Made by a program: the position numbers and the translations under genes. This document shows, piece by piece, positions 54,266 through 64,000 of a stretch of DNA of 64,000 nt (the stretch's first letter is position 1; each line of letters begins with the position of its first letter). Origin of the DNA: Nematocida ausubeli (taxonomy: Eukaryota). Below the pieces are notes generated by a model. The model ran no database searches, was not told where the DNA came from, and saw only the letters and a program-made list of their open reading frames with translations. Where the stretch lies: positions 310,001 through 374,000 of the forward strand of contig NW_026515637.1 of the NCBI RefSeq assembly GCF_000738915.1, written 5' to 3'.

Positions 54266-55555
54266 TTATAGCGTATTCAGATATGCATTTATCCACTTCT
54301 TTCCTTGTGGGCTCCCTTGAATATTTGAAAGCAAAGCTGCATAGTACAGAGACTCAGAATATATGTACCAGACACATGCAGTGGCATACGTAACCCATCC
54401 TAGTGATATAAGCATCTTAATATATCCTTCAAAGCCATCTGCATATTGTGTGGTAAAGGCAGTAGCTATTAAAAGCGGCAGCAGAACAAAAAAAATAATA
54501 GATGTGGATAGTTTTTCTGTTGTTTGCCCACTGTGTGTAGTGCTAAATGAGCTTATATACGGATAGTCACTGTTCCCTTCTATTTCTTTAATAAACGCAA
54601 CAACCTCATGCGGTTCCTTCTCCAGAAGAGTGGACATTGCTACTATGGAGGATATTCCTATCTTTCTATAAAATATTATGTTCTTGAAGAATCTATTTCC
54701 TATATCACTTAAAAGGCTCTCTAGCATGGTGCTTATGGAAAGTATTTTTACGAAAAACTCGCACACTGCAGATACCGGATTTATAACTGCCATAAACACT
54801 ATGACACCGATATTTTTCACAACTAGCTTTGTTATCAAGCGATAGAAGCTTTGTGAGCCTGAATTAATCTTCAAATAGAAGGTGACCACGCAGGCAGACA
54901 TAAATGTGTACAGCCCGCAGTAGTAAGTAACCAAACAGTACAGATTCTTAATGAAAAAGGATGTGTATGTCATGCTAACTGGGTGCACGCAGAAGAACAC
55001 AATCACAGAGGTGAAAAAGATGAAAAGAAAGTTTGCAGCGTAGAAGAGAAGATGAAAGTCATAGAATGTCATGTCTCGCTCATCCATTTCCATCTCTATT
55101 GATATGGACAGAATGTAGTTCTCCACTGGAAGCCTTGACACCCGGGCTGAAACTATCTTTAGAATGTACTCAGAGTATATGCCAATTTGAATCAACAAGC
55201 ACGAAAAAAACAGCATGGTGTAGTACTTCCCAGCTAGACACATGTATATGATAGATCCTAGCACAATTGCATTACAAAGAACTATAAGCATAAGAAATCT
55301 GACTAGAATTATGTTGCTCACTGGCCTTGTGTGTGCTATCACAGAGGGAGGGGATTGAATGTACACAGAAAAGAACACAAACATTGTAATAATAGTAAAA
55401 ATCACTAAAGGATTTGAGAGTATGCCGAATGGAGTGCAGCTGCAGCAATCAGAATACACAGATGCAGCAAAATTTACAGTTGCAATTGCATAATAAATCA
55501 CCCATGGGCAAGTGTTTTTTAGTTTTTGAATCTGAGAGGCCTTTTCCACATGCAT
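54266..55555 (-). CDS. Choline transporter-like (CTL/Pns1) multi-pass membrane protein
   Basis: About 9-10 TM segments; C-terminal half resembles a divergent CTL domain; start uncertain (55555 or 55666). Confidence 0.6.
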   Translation of the reverse strand: MHVEKASQIQKLKNTCPWVIYYAIATVNFAASVYSDCCSCTPFGILSNPLVIFTIITMFVFFSVYIQSPPSVIAHTRPVSNIILVRFLMLIVLCNAIVLGSIIYMCLAGKYYTMLFFSCLLIQIGIYSEYILKIVSARVSRLPVENYILSISIEMEMDERDMTFYDFHLLFYAANFLFIFFTSVIVFFCVHPVSMTYTSFFIKNLYCLVTYYCGLYTFMSACVVTFYLKINSGSQSFYRLITKLVVKNIGVIVFMAVINPVSAVCEFFVKILSISTMLESLLSDIGNRFFKNIIFYRKIGISSIVAMSTLLEKEPHEVVAFIKEIEGNSDYPYISSFSTTHSGQTTEKLSTSIIFFVLLPLLIATAFTTQYADGFEGYIKMLISLGWVTYATACVWYIYSESLYYAALLSNIQGSPQGKKWINAYLNTL

Positions 55556-56013
55556 AAACAAATTAAAAAAATAATTAGAAATACTATACGTGAAAACCAA
55601 GATATTACACATGTAGCTAAGATATAATCCAAACAAAAAATGAAAATATTTGGTAGATAGCAGCATATGATTATCCTATACCTAATTCGGGTTATATTCG
55701 TGTTATATCAGGCTATGCTGGCGTTTAGTTACTATGTGTAGTACTTATGTCTGGATTTCCGGTACTTGAGTTTTGTGCACTTCTTGGGGCAGAAGCTTCT
55801 ATCACGCAGTGCCATGATATTCGGGTTATATCGGGTTATTCAGGCCATGCATGTGTGCTGCAGAATCAGAAAAATAATAAGATGCAAACAAAGACATGCA
55901 AGCATGCAGTTAAAATAAAGGAAATATAGATGTGCCTGTGTGTTTCAAGGTGGCTAAAAGAAGGGTTCTCTTAGATTTCTATAAGATAGATTTTGAAAGG
56001 CAGGAGTGTTTAT

Positions 56014-57429
56014 TTACGATCTATCTTTCAAGGCTGTCATGTTAAATGAAGATGACTTGTGCTTTGAGTGCAGCAGATTTACGAAGTTGTTCATATTTGC
56101 CTTAAAAAGAGGGCTGATTTTCTTGAAGAGAGAGAATATTTGCTCTGGTGAGGAGGGCTGCTCTTTTATAAATCTAACCAGCTGTCTGTCTGTCATGAGG
56201 AACTGTGGACTTTCATCTTCTTGTTTTGCTATGAAGTCCCTGAGCATAACTATTTTTACAAGCGACTCTGTTGGCTCTATCCCCTTAGCAAGCAGAAACT
56301 CTTCTGGTGTAAGAGGCTCCTGGACTGCCTCCACTCCATATTTATATCCGGACACAAACTCCTTCTCTGTGCACCTGCTGATCATGCCTGCTGCTGCAAG
56401 TAGAAGGTATCCAACTTGTTCTGTCAGATCTGTATACATTTCGTCTGAAACCGGCTTGTACCTCCAGTCCATGAGCTGCAACTTCTTTCTGACCTGCCTT
56501 CCTGTTGAATAGAATACTGCCCTGCCTAGATTTCTGATAGGCTCTTCTGGGTATCCATGCAGGCTTAGCAGATCAATGTAAGAGACCACTGTGTACTGCA
56601 GGTCCTTTCTTAGCCAGGCAATCTTCTCTGACGCTTTATAGAATACTTTGACAATTGACGGCTCACTCCAGAAGGTAAGCAGCTTGGAGTGGTTTCTTAG
56701 CTCTATCATGTCAAATATGTATACGCTTTCAAGAGTTGCCACCTGGATGTAGCAAGTGAATCCGCTGTAGCTTCTAAATTTATGTGTCTTTATGTCGACC
56801 CCAATGATCTTCTCTTGCATAATATGCGAGTTTGCCATTTCGCACTCCTCTTCTGTTTTTATGTAGTAAATAATCGGGGTTATGTCTGCAGCAGAGTCAA
56901 CATTCTTTAATGCATTGTACGCCTGCTTTAAGACATCTGATTGCACTTCCATTTCCTTTGCACCTGGCAGGCCTCCCTCCCTCTGCTGCGCACTATCTCT
57001 TGCTGCTGATGTGCTCTCTGCGCTTTTCGCTTGCTTTGAAAAACAAAACCCTTCAGACTTCATTGCGTACGTGTCTTTCCTGCTTTTAAAGTTTATTTGG
57101 GGCCGAGGAATATTCTTTGACAGAACAAACCTCTTCTTGGACTGGGACTGAATAAGAATTGTTGTTTGCTCCGGGAGAATGCTCTCTTCTTCTGCAGTTT
57201 CGGTGCTGACACACTTTTTGTGAATATCTTCCAAAATCTCCTCTATTTGCTTGAGAAGACTCAGTGGCTCAATTGATAGCTCTTTGTCAATCTCTTCTAT
57301 CAGCTCCTGGCAGTGGCCCTTTCTCTCGGCAATCTCCAGATCTGGCAAAACAAGCTTTTCCTGGCCTATCATGCTGCTGTACTTAGTCAGAGTTTGCAAA
57401 AGTCTTTCGGCAGCCTGCGGTAGAAGCAT
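56014..57429 (-). CDS. RRP6: Exosome-associated Rrp6 homologue (RNase D plus HRDC); catalytic site degenerate
   Basis: IPRPQ, RSYSGFTCYIQVAT, IVKVF, WLRKD, DWR and HRDC RDFIAKQEDESP; ATG at 57429. Confidence 0.88.
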   Translation of the reverse strand: MLLPQAAERLLQTLTKYSSMIGQEKLVLPDLEIAERKGHCQELIEEIDKELSIEPLSLLKQIEEILEDIHKKCVSTETAEEESILPEQTTILIQSQSKKRFVLSKNIPRPQINFKSRKDTYAMKSEGFCFSKQAKSAESTSAARDSAQQREGGLPGAKEMEVQSDVLKQAYNALKNVDSAADITPIIYYIKTEEECEMANSHIMQEKIIGVDIKTHKFRSYSGFTCYIQVATLESVYIFDMIELRNHSKLLTFWSEPSIVKVFYKASEKIAWLRKDLQYTVVSYIDLLSLHGYPEEPIRNLGRAVFYSTGRQVRKKLQLMDWRYKPVSDEMYTDLTEQVGYLLLAAAGMISRCTEKEFVSGYKYGVEAVQEPLTPEEFLLAKGIEPTESLVKIVMLRDFIAKQEDESPQFLMTDRQLVRFIKEQPSSPEQIFSLFKKISPLFKANMNNFVNLLHSKHKSSSFNMTALKDRS

Positions 57430-57464
57430 AAAAATATAAAAAATTTGTAGAATAAGTTGCAGAA

Positions 57465-58604
57465 ATGAACGCACAAAAGAAAAAAGAAGCAGCGCAAAAG
57501 CCAGTTGTAAAATTTGGAAGAACAAACACGCATAACCTTACCATGGGAATTGTAGGGCTTCCAAATGTAGGAAAGTCTTCTCTCTTTAATTCCATGACAG
57601 GCCTCCAGGTGCCAGCATCCAACTACGCCTTCTGCACAATTGACCCATCCGAGGCAAAGGTGTGCATAAAGGATAAGAGGTTTGATGACCTATGCAAAAT
57701 ATTCAAGCCAAAGAAAACAACCCCTGCCTACCTCACAGTGTTTGACATTGCTGGGCTAGTAAAGGGCGCCTCAGAAGGGCTTGGTATGGGAAATAGTTTC
57801 CTAGAGAACATTAGACAGGTGGATGGAATCTTTCACGTTGTAAGGTGCTTTAATGACGATTCCATTGCGCACGTAGATGACGTAGTTGATCCTGTCAGAG
57901 ACTGCATGGTGATTAGAGAGGAGCTCCGCCTGAAGGACTTAACAGACGCAAAGAAAAGGCTTGAAATGGCGAAAAAGGAGCTTAGGTCAAAGCCCTCCGA
58001 TAAGTACTTCAAGATATACATGGAGGGTCTGGAGAAGCTGGTTTCTGGTCTGGAGGCAGGAAAGGATGCCCGGTTCATTGACTTTACCTCTGACGAGATA
58101 AAGATGCTCAAGCCGTTGAACCTAATAACTGCAAAGAATGTGGTCTATCTGGCTAACATAAGCGCAGATAAGTACAGACAGAAAAAGCCCACTTCTTTGG
58201 CAGTGAAGCTGAAGAAGCACCTGATGGAGACAGACCCGGATGCACCTTGCATTCTAGTGTGTGCAAGCATTCCAATAGAGGAGTCTACCGAGTACCTGGA
58301 CAAAGCCATCACAGCAGGATATAAGACCCTTGATCTTAGCACGTTCTTCACATGCGGCCCTGAAGAAGTGCGCTGCTGGACCATTAGAGAAGGCACTCTA
58401 GCACCAGATGCAGGAGCAGTCATTCATACAGACTTTAGAACAGGCTTTGTTGCGGTAGATGTAATGACGTACAATGACATAATAGAGCACGGAAGTGAGC
58501 AGGAGCTTAAGGCCAAGGGCCTGTGCCGAATGAAGGGAAGAGACTACCCCGTAGTAGATGGAGACATTCTCCACTTCCGTGCTGGTAGAGTTAATAAAAA
58601 GTAA
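57465..58604 (+). CDS. OLA1: Obg-like ATPase Ola1/YchF
   Basis: GIVGLPNVGKS, FCTIDP, DIAGLVKGA, FFTCGPEEVR, IHTDF, VDGDILHF. Confidence 0.96.
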   Translation: MNAQKKKEAAQKPVVKFGRTNTHNLTMGIVGLPNVGKSSLFNSMTGLQVPASNYAFCTIDPSEAKVCIKDKRFDDLCKIFKPKKTTPAYLTVFDIAGLVKGASEGLGMGNSFLENIRQVDGIFHVVRCFNDDSIAHVDDVVDPVRDCMVIREELRLKDLTDAKKRLEMAKKELRSKPSDKYFKIYMEGLEKLVSGLEAGKDARFIDFTSDEIKMLKPLNLITAKNVVYLANISADKYRQKKPTSLAVKLKKHLMETDPDAPCILVCASIPIEESTEYLDKAITAGYKTLDLSTFFTCGPEEVRCWTIREGTLAPDAGAVIHTDFRTGFVAVDVMTYNDIIEHGSEQELKAKGLCRMKGRDYPVVDGDILHFRAGRVNKK

Positions 58605-58638
58605 CCTCTGTCGTAAATATGCATTTATTTTGTGACCA

Positions 58639-60231
58639 TCACGGTAGCTCCAGTGTGGTTTTTGCTTCTTCCACTCTTTCCTTCAGGCTTTGAATGTTTG
58701 CTGCCACAATTGCCGTTATTTTTTGTGTTTCTGCCTCTTCTACAGCAATTTTACTTAAAACCCTTCCCTTCCTGATTTTTATTCTCTCCAGGACCTGCTC
58801 GCTTTGGAAGAGCCCGTTGTCCCCTTCTGTCTGTATCTTTAACAATTCAGTTTCTGCTTTGTCTACCCGGCCCACTGTCATTTTATATTCCTCTTCTGTT
58901 GCCTCTTTCTTTTCTATGTAGACCTGCGCATGAACTTTCACTCTTTCTTCTTTCTGCTCTATTTCATCTGAAAGAGCACTGTGTGTTTCTGTTAAGAGAA
59001 TATTTCTTTCCTTTTCTTGCTCTGCATCTGCTTCTATCTTCTCAATCTCGTGCTGAAGCCTCTCAAGCCTTTCCTTTGCTGCACCTTCGTGCATTAGAAT
59101 ATTCCCCTCAACAGAATATTCCTCGTACTCTAGGAGATCTGTTGCTGTCTTTGTTCTTTTAATTTCAATTGATATATCCATGCCTGTCCGAATCTTTTTA
59201 ATGTCTGCCAGAATACTCTCAAACTCTTCCACCTGGGTTTTTATCATTTGATTTTTGATGTCTATCTCCCGGATCAGAATTGTCTTCGATCTCTTTATCT
59301 CCTCCAGCGACTTTATTAGCTGATCTCGCTCGTATGTCATCTCTTGCACATCTTCTGGCTTGATTGGCTGCATCTTTATCTCCTCTTCTAGCTCGTGCTT
59401 TCTTTGCAGAAGCTGTGCTGACTCGTCTTTTAGCTTTCTGTACGCCCGGAGCACTTCCTCATGTGATTTTTTGTAGTTTTTGTTCTTTACCTCCTGCGTC
59501 TTCCTTAGACTAATGATCTTCTCCAAGTCAATTTGGGCCTGCCTCTGCTTCTCCTTTGCATCCTCCAGATCCTGCGTGCTTTCATTCTTTATTTCCCCCT
59601 TGAGTCTTCTCAGATACTCTTTCTTCTCTTCTGCTATTCCTATTCTTTCTTTATTCTTTAGAGCTATCTCCCTCTCTACTGCCTCCTCCAAATCATTGCT
59701 GTCTCTGCCCTCCATATAGTTTGCATACTCCTTATACAAAAACTCGTAGAAAATGCTCTTTGACTCTTCCTCAATCGATGGAATATTCATCAGCTCGTAC
59801 GTGCTATTGACTATTTTCACAAGCCACCCAAGCATAGACAGAAGAACTGGCCATGTGTGCGGCGTAATTGCAATCAGCTGGCTTCTATTAATCTCTGATG
59901 TGTATGGGTACTTGATTGCTCGTAAGAAGAAAGGCACCTCCTCTTCAAATTTCTTGGTGAATTCTATGGTTGGGTCAATGAATGACTGAATGTGTCTGAA
60001 AATAGACTGAAAGTCCTTTAAGGATGGGTTGCTTAGAAGGGAATAAGAAAAGGGCCTGTCATATTCTGTTGACGCAAGGAAGTTTGTGATTGCATTTATA
60101 TTTTCTTCCTGGTGTCCTTTGTCTCTTGGGTTTCTTTGTCTCTTTCTTGGGTCTTCACTAAGTGTTAATCGACTGGCTTCTCCTGAAATTGAATTTCTGG
60201 CTGGCACGCCTGCCATGGTGGCTCTACGCAT
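58639..60231 (-). CDS. NDC80: Kinetochore protein Ndc80/Hec1
   Basis: PRDK, PSLKDFQSIF, KYPY and HTWP.LLSML.WL (CH domain) followed by a long coiled coil. Confidence 0.92.
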   Translation of the reverse strand: MRRATMAGVPARNSISGEASRLTLSEDPRKRQRNPRDKGHQEENINAITNFLASTEYDRPFSYSLLSNPSLKDFQSIFRHIQSFIDPTIEFTKKFEEEVPFFLRAIKYPYTSEINRSQLIAITPHTWPVLLSMLGWLVKIVNSTYELMNIPSIEEESKSIFYEFLYKEYANYMEGRDSNDLEEAVEREIALKNKERIGIAEEKKEYLRRLKGEIKNESTQDLEDAKEKQRQAQIDLEKIISLRKTQEVKNKNYKKSHEEVLRAYRKLKDESAQLLQRKHELEEEIKMQPIKPEDVQEMTYERDQLIKSLEEIKRSKTILIREIDIKNQMIKTQVEEFESILADIKKIRTGMDISIEIKRTKTATDLLEYEEYSVEGNILMHEGAAKERLERLQHEIEKIEADAEQEKERNILLTETHSALSDEIEQKEERVKVHAQVYIEKKEATEEEYKMTVGRVDKAETELLKIQTEGDNGLFQSEQVLERIKIRKGRVLSKIAVEEAETQKITAIVAANIQSLKERVEEAKTTLELP

Positions 60232-61755
60232 CTCTTAAAATTATTTTAATTACGAATATATAATCCATGCACCTGCAAGTTACTTTTTGAAATTTCCTTC
60301 AGAAATGCCTGTGAATGTGCACTAAGTATCTTCATTATTCCCAGATTATATAGATATACGTATATCTGTTTAAGCTTATATGTTCTAAAAAGGGAGTATT
60401 TTTGTCTTTAATTTGCAATAATTTGAGTATTTTCATAGGGGATTGTTTGCTTGTAAAGAAGAGAAATAAAATGGATGAAATACACCCGTATAATATTTTG
60501 GTTATTAGGAAATAAGATACGAACTAGTGCAAAGTGCTTCTATTAGCTGCTCCATTGCATGAATGACATGTGAAGTGGCTTTCTATAATTTAATTAAAAG
60601 ACAAATGCATTTTTATGCTTCTTGTTATATTTAGACGCCTTGAATATTCTGGTTTATTTCTATTTAGGTTATGGGTTGCTTATGTATACATTTGTAAAGG
60701 TGCTGGGTATGAAAACAAAGAAGCCTTTTGTTTTTTGGGTGCATACCTGAGTGGCTTATCTTCTCCTATGCATTTTTGCATGTGTGCATACGAAATTGCT
60801 GTTATTACCGTCATTATTGTCAGTATGAATAACGTCTCTTCCATTTTAAATTTTTATACTGGACATTTTTGTATAAATAGACTTTTAAAAACCAATTAGC
60901 CACAAAGGGTAAAGTGGATTTTGCCCGGGAATTTTCCCGGTTTCTTGCCGCCCGACTTTTATTTATGTAAATATTTATGCGAAATTACTTGGGATTGTTT
61001 TATGGATAATATTCTAATATGTACATATTGTGCATTTCCTGTGAAGGCTTTGCAAATTTAAAGAAATAAAAATAACAGAAAGGAAAGATATACAGATGTA
61101 TAAACATGCACAGCCAGAATAAAATAGATGCATATTAGAAGGCACTTTGATATATCATTTTCTTGTGCTATATGATGTATTTATGTGTATTTTTATAATA
61201 ACTAATCTGCTATAAAAATACACCATAATAGCAGATCCTGTTAACTATGTAATTAAGAAAGTGCAGCGCATGCAGTCAGAAAGTGCATTTATTATCTGTT
61301 ACAGGCACGTATTAGATGCTTTTTGTAATAAAATCACTACTTTTCAGCTTTATTTATTCTATACTACTATTTCCAGGCTAAAATGCTCTTCTCTTTTGAG
61401 AACATTATACAGAGTAATTTAAATCAGACAATAAATACATAAAGAACTTATTAAATAAGGTCTGTACTGGGTAGTTCAATTTGTTTTTATAAAAATGCTT
61501 GCCAGAGTGTTTTCTATTTTTCAGCTTACTGCACAGAAGAATAGAATAAAGATGGCCACTGGGTATTTTAGTATGCATACAGGATAAGTCAATTAAATCA
61601 CTAGACCAGTTAAAACACAAAGCAGCCTCGGTGTATTGGCTTATTATATATGCAAGTGACCTATAGGAAAGCAGATAAAGTGATTTATTTATAAATAGAA
61701 ATAACGGATGCTAAGAGTGATGAAAGGCAAGAAATCTTTTTTCGATTTACAAAGA

Positions 61756-64000
61756 ATGATCAGCAGACTACTTCTAAGCCTAGTGATAATGCAAAGTATT
61801 CTTGCAAGAATCAATATGAAAGACATAAAGACAGTGAGTGAGACTCTAGTTGGCGAGAAGCAGGATGTGGTTATTAACCCGAAAGGCCCGTTGAATCTGC
61901 TGCGTGGATATATTGGAAATAGAAGCGGATACATGTACAACAAGCGATTTTATTCTTCTGAAATAGATACAGACTATGAACTGAGCAAGGAAGGAATATC
62001 CAGCACGGGCAGACAAGAATACAAATTTACAAGAACACCAGTGAATGACAGAGTATACAAAGACTTGGATACAAAGACTCCAGACAGCAAGTATCTTAGT
62101 ATATATCACGCGCAGCTGATAAAGATGTTTCCCTCAATAGACGGAGACCTTTCCATTGAGGCAGGCAGGCCAAATGCACTTACAAATTTCCTAAGAGCAG
62201 AAAACATTAAGAAGGATGCTAAATATATTCTTGCAGCACTTCTTCTTCTTTCAGAGGGCGTTGACATTAAAATAAATGTAGACCATGCGGGAGAAAAAAA
62301 GAGGCTTGTCATAAAAAGTAAAACATGCAAAGAGAAAGTGTTTGTAGATGTAGAAATGCATACTGCAGGTATAGATCCAGTTACTAATGAGCACAGTGAG
62401 AGCATCTACCAAAGTGAGGCAGCTGGAATTATCAAGTTCTATATGCAGTGCAGAGACAATCCACTGCTAAAGAGAGGAGGTGAGTTTGCAATGCCAGCCA
62501 CGAAAGAAGAGTTTGAGAGTGGAAGGTTTCTGAACAATGCAGCCTTCCTTATACAGACGTACATATATGAGTTCATTGATACAGCAGAGAATTATGTGAG
62601 TTTTGTGAATGCAGTGCATGAACTGCTGGTTGATCAAGTAGCTGAAAAGGAGAACCCAAAGCAGACTAAGAAGAAGGGTAAAAAGGGCAGAATATTCGAT
62701 GAGCTCTTTCTAGCAAAAGATACACTTAGCGAAAACAAAAAATACATTGAATCATTCTATGGCCTTGTTCAGGCTATAAATGAAAATGCCAATTTTCCCT
62801 TCTACAATGATAGTCAGCTGCCGCGGTATACTAGAGTGCCACGTTGCAAACTAGACAAGTTGGGCTTTGAGAAAAGCCATGCATTATACTACAGTGACTG
62901 TGTAGAAACAGCTCTGCTTGGACTGTTCTGCTGCCTGGCATACAACCAAAACACCGGAGAGTACCAAACAAGCCACATGGGAGAGGGAGTAAGCAAAGAG
63001 CTAAGAGACTTCTTTGAAAAGTATTCTAAGCCAAAAGAGGCAACAAGCTTTGAAATGCATAAGAAATGGTGCAGAGTTGTTGCGTGCTTAAAGAATGACA
63101 GGATTGACTACAAAAAGGCAAAAAACGAACTTATCTCGGGGGTTGGAAATATACTTCTTGCTATAGCAGAAATAACAGGACAAAAAGCAGAAACATTAGA
63201 ACTAGTTGAATATATAGAATCAGCAGATAAAGCAGGAAAATTAAATTATAAGCAGGAAGTTTATATTGCAGATAAGATAGAATCGATTATTAGGTCTTTG
63301 TCACTGAATAAGAATGTGGAAGTAAAGTGCAACCAAATGACACTTGGAAAGAGGTCAAGCGGAAAGGCAGATATTTTAGCTCAAATTGTTATTACTTACA
63401 ATTTTGATGGGGAAAAGAATGGAATCTCTTTGGATATAAGCCAAGGGCATGCTACTCTTAGTCTTTTTCGATCTTTTGGAAATAGCTCTGCAAAAGTTAA
63501 AGAAAAGTGTGAAGAGGTAAAAAACACTTACAGTGATGTAGACTGCTATGTAGGGTACATCGCAGATCATTACGTTAGTACAGAATTAGATGCTTTATTT
63601 TTTAACAAAGCAGACTTTTCAAAGAAACTTAAGAAAGTCTTATATCCAGTTATACAGGAGGGATCTGAAGGCATATATAAAATATTCTTATTAGAAAAGC
63701 TTGTTTCCAATGAGATTAAAGGCCTTATTATAAATAGTTTTATAGACAGTACAATAGATAAGGAGGTACTCCCAGCAAACCCTTTAACACGTTTTACTGC
63801 AAACATTTTAGGAAGTGTTCCGCTCAATGACCCTAGCACAAGATATACGATGCTAAAACACTTCCCCCTTCATGCAAGCTGGCAGAAATTCTATCCAAAG
63901 CTTGGATTTAAGCCATCAGAGAATATCCCAAAAGAAGATGCTATTTGGGCAAATATAGCAAAAGTGTATACATACACTACTCTAGCAAATCTTCCAGCGC
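61756..64000 (+). CDS. Large-gene-family (NemLGF1-like) secreted protein; 3' end outside window and absent from the ORF track
   Basis: Read by hand: MISRLLLSLVIMQSILARINMKD..VVINPKGPLNLLRGYI..MYNKRF..MFPSIDGDLSIE..YSDCVETALLGLFCC..RFTANILGSVPL; the frame is open from ATG 61708. Confidence 0.9.
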   Translation, partial: MISRLLLSLVIMQSILARINMKDIKTVSETLVGEKQDVVINPKGPLNLLRGYIGNRSGYMYNKRFYSSEIDTDYELSKEGISSTGRQEYKFTRTPVNDRVYKDLDTKTPDSKYLSIYHAQLIKMFPSIDGDLSIEAGRPNALTNFLRAENIKKDAKYILAALLLLSEGVDIKINVDHAGEKKRLVIKSKTCKEKVFVDVEMHTAGIDPVTNEHSESIYQSEAAGIIKFYMQCRDNPLLKRGGEFAMPATKEEFESGRFLNNAAFLIQTYIYEFIDTAENYVSFVNAVHELLVDQVAEKENPKQTKKKGKKGRIFDELFLAKDTLSENKKYIESFYGLVQAINENANFPFYNDSQLPRYTRVPRCKLDKLGFEKSHALYYSDCVETALLGLFCCLAYNQNTGEYQTSHMGEGVSKELRDFFEKYSKPKEATSFEMHKKWCRVVACLKNDRIDYKKAKNELISGVGNILLAIAEITGQKAETLELVEYIESADKAGKLNYKQEVYIADKIESIIRSLSLNKNVEVKCNQMTLGKRSSGKADILAQIVITYNFDGEKNGISLDISQGHATLSLFRSFGNSSAKVKEKCEEVKNTYSDVDCYVGYIADHYVSTELDALFFNKADFSKKLKKVLYPVIQEGSEGIYKIFLLEKLVSNEIKGLIINSFIDSTIDKEVLPANPLTRFTANILGSVPLNDPSTRYTMLKHFPLHASWQKFYPKLGFKPSENIPKEDAIWANIAKVYTYTTLANLPA

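Noticed and set aside
1..64000. CRISPR arrays, tRNA/rRNA genes and transposons
   Set aside because: No repeat-spacer arrays, cloverleafs, rRNA signatures, or transposase/reverse transcriptase motifs were seen; tRNAscan-SE and Infernal would be needed to exclude small RNAs.

Overview
Gene-dense, AT-rich eukaryotic DNA with no evident introns; every recognisable gene is one continuous ORF. Gene content and style point to a microsporidian, most likely Nematocida (inference from very short spacers, AAATTT/CCC motifs before starts and four copies of a Nematocida-type large secreted gene family). Two housekeeping blocks (about 1-31 kb and 46-60 kb) flank an accessory island (about 32-46 kb). The housekeeping genes include ERD2, TRM9, TRM112, PRP43, LCB2, PSD1, GPD1, a hemolysin III/PAQR gene, CDT1, an eIF4A-like helicase, VTC4, RPS26, CDC23, eRF3, an ABCG transporter, RRP3, MscS, SerRS, RQC2, a CTL transporter, RRP6, OLA1 and NDC80. 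The island holds three large-family (NemLGF1-like) genes, one truncated, interleaved with two paralogues of an unrecognised acidic family and an unexplained GC-rich stretch. A fourth large-family gene runs off the right end. Main leads: (1) two signal-peptide-bearing large-family proteins end in polybasic plus CaaX or CC lipidation motifs, suggesting effectors lipidated by the host; (2) RRP6 appears to have lost most catalytic residues; (3) TRM9 and its partner TRM112 sit head-to-head 27 bp apart; (4) a tandemly duplicated two-gene cassette; (5) a recurrent intergenic TTCGGGTTAT motif. No rRNA, tRNA, CRISPR array or transposon could be supported. All family assignments come from recalled motifs; no searches were run.
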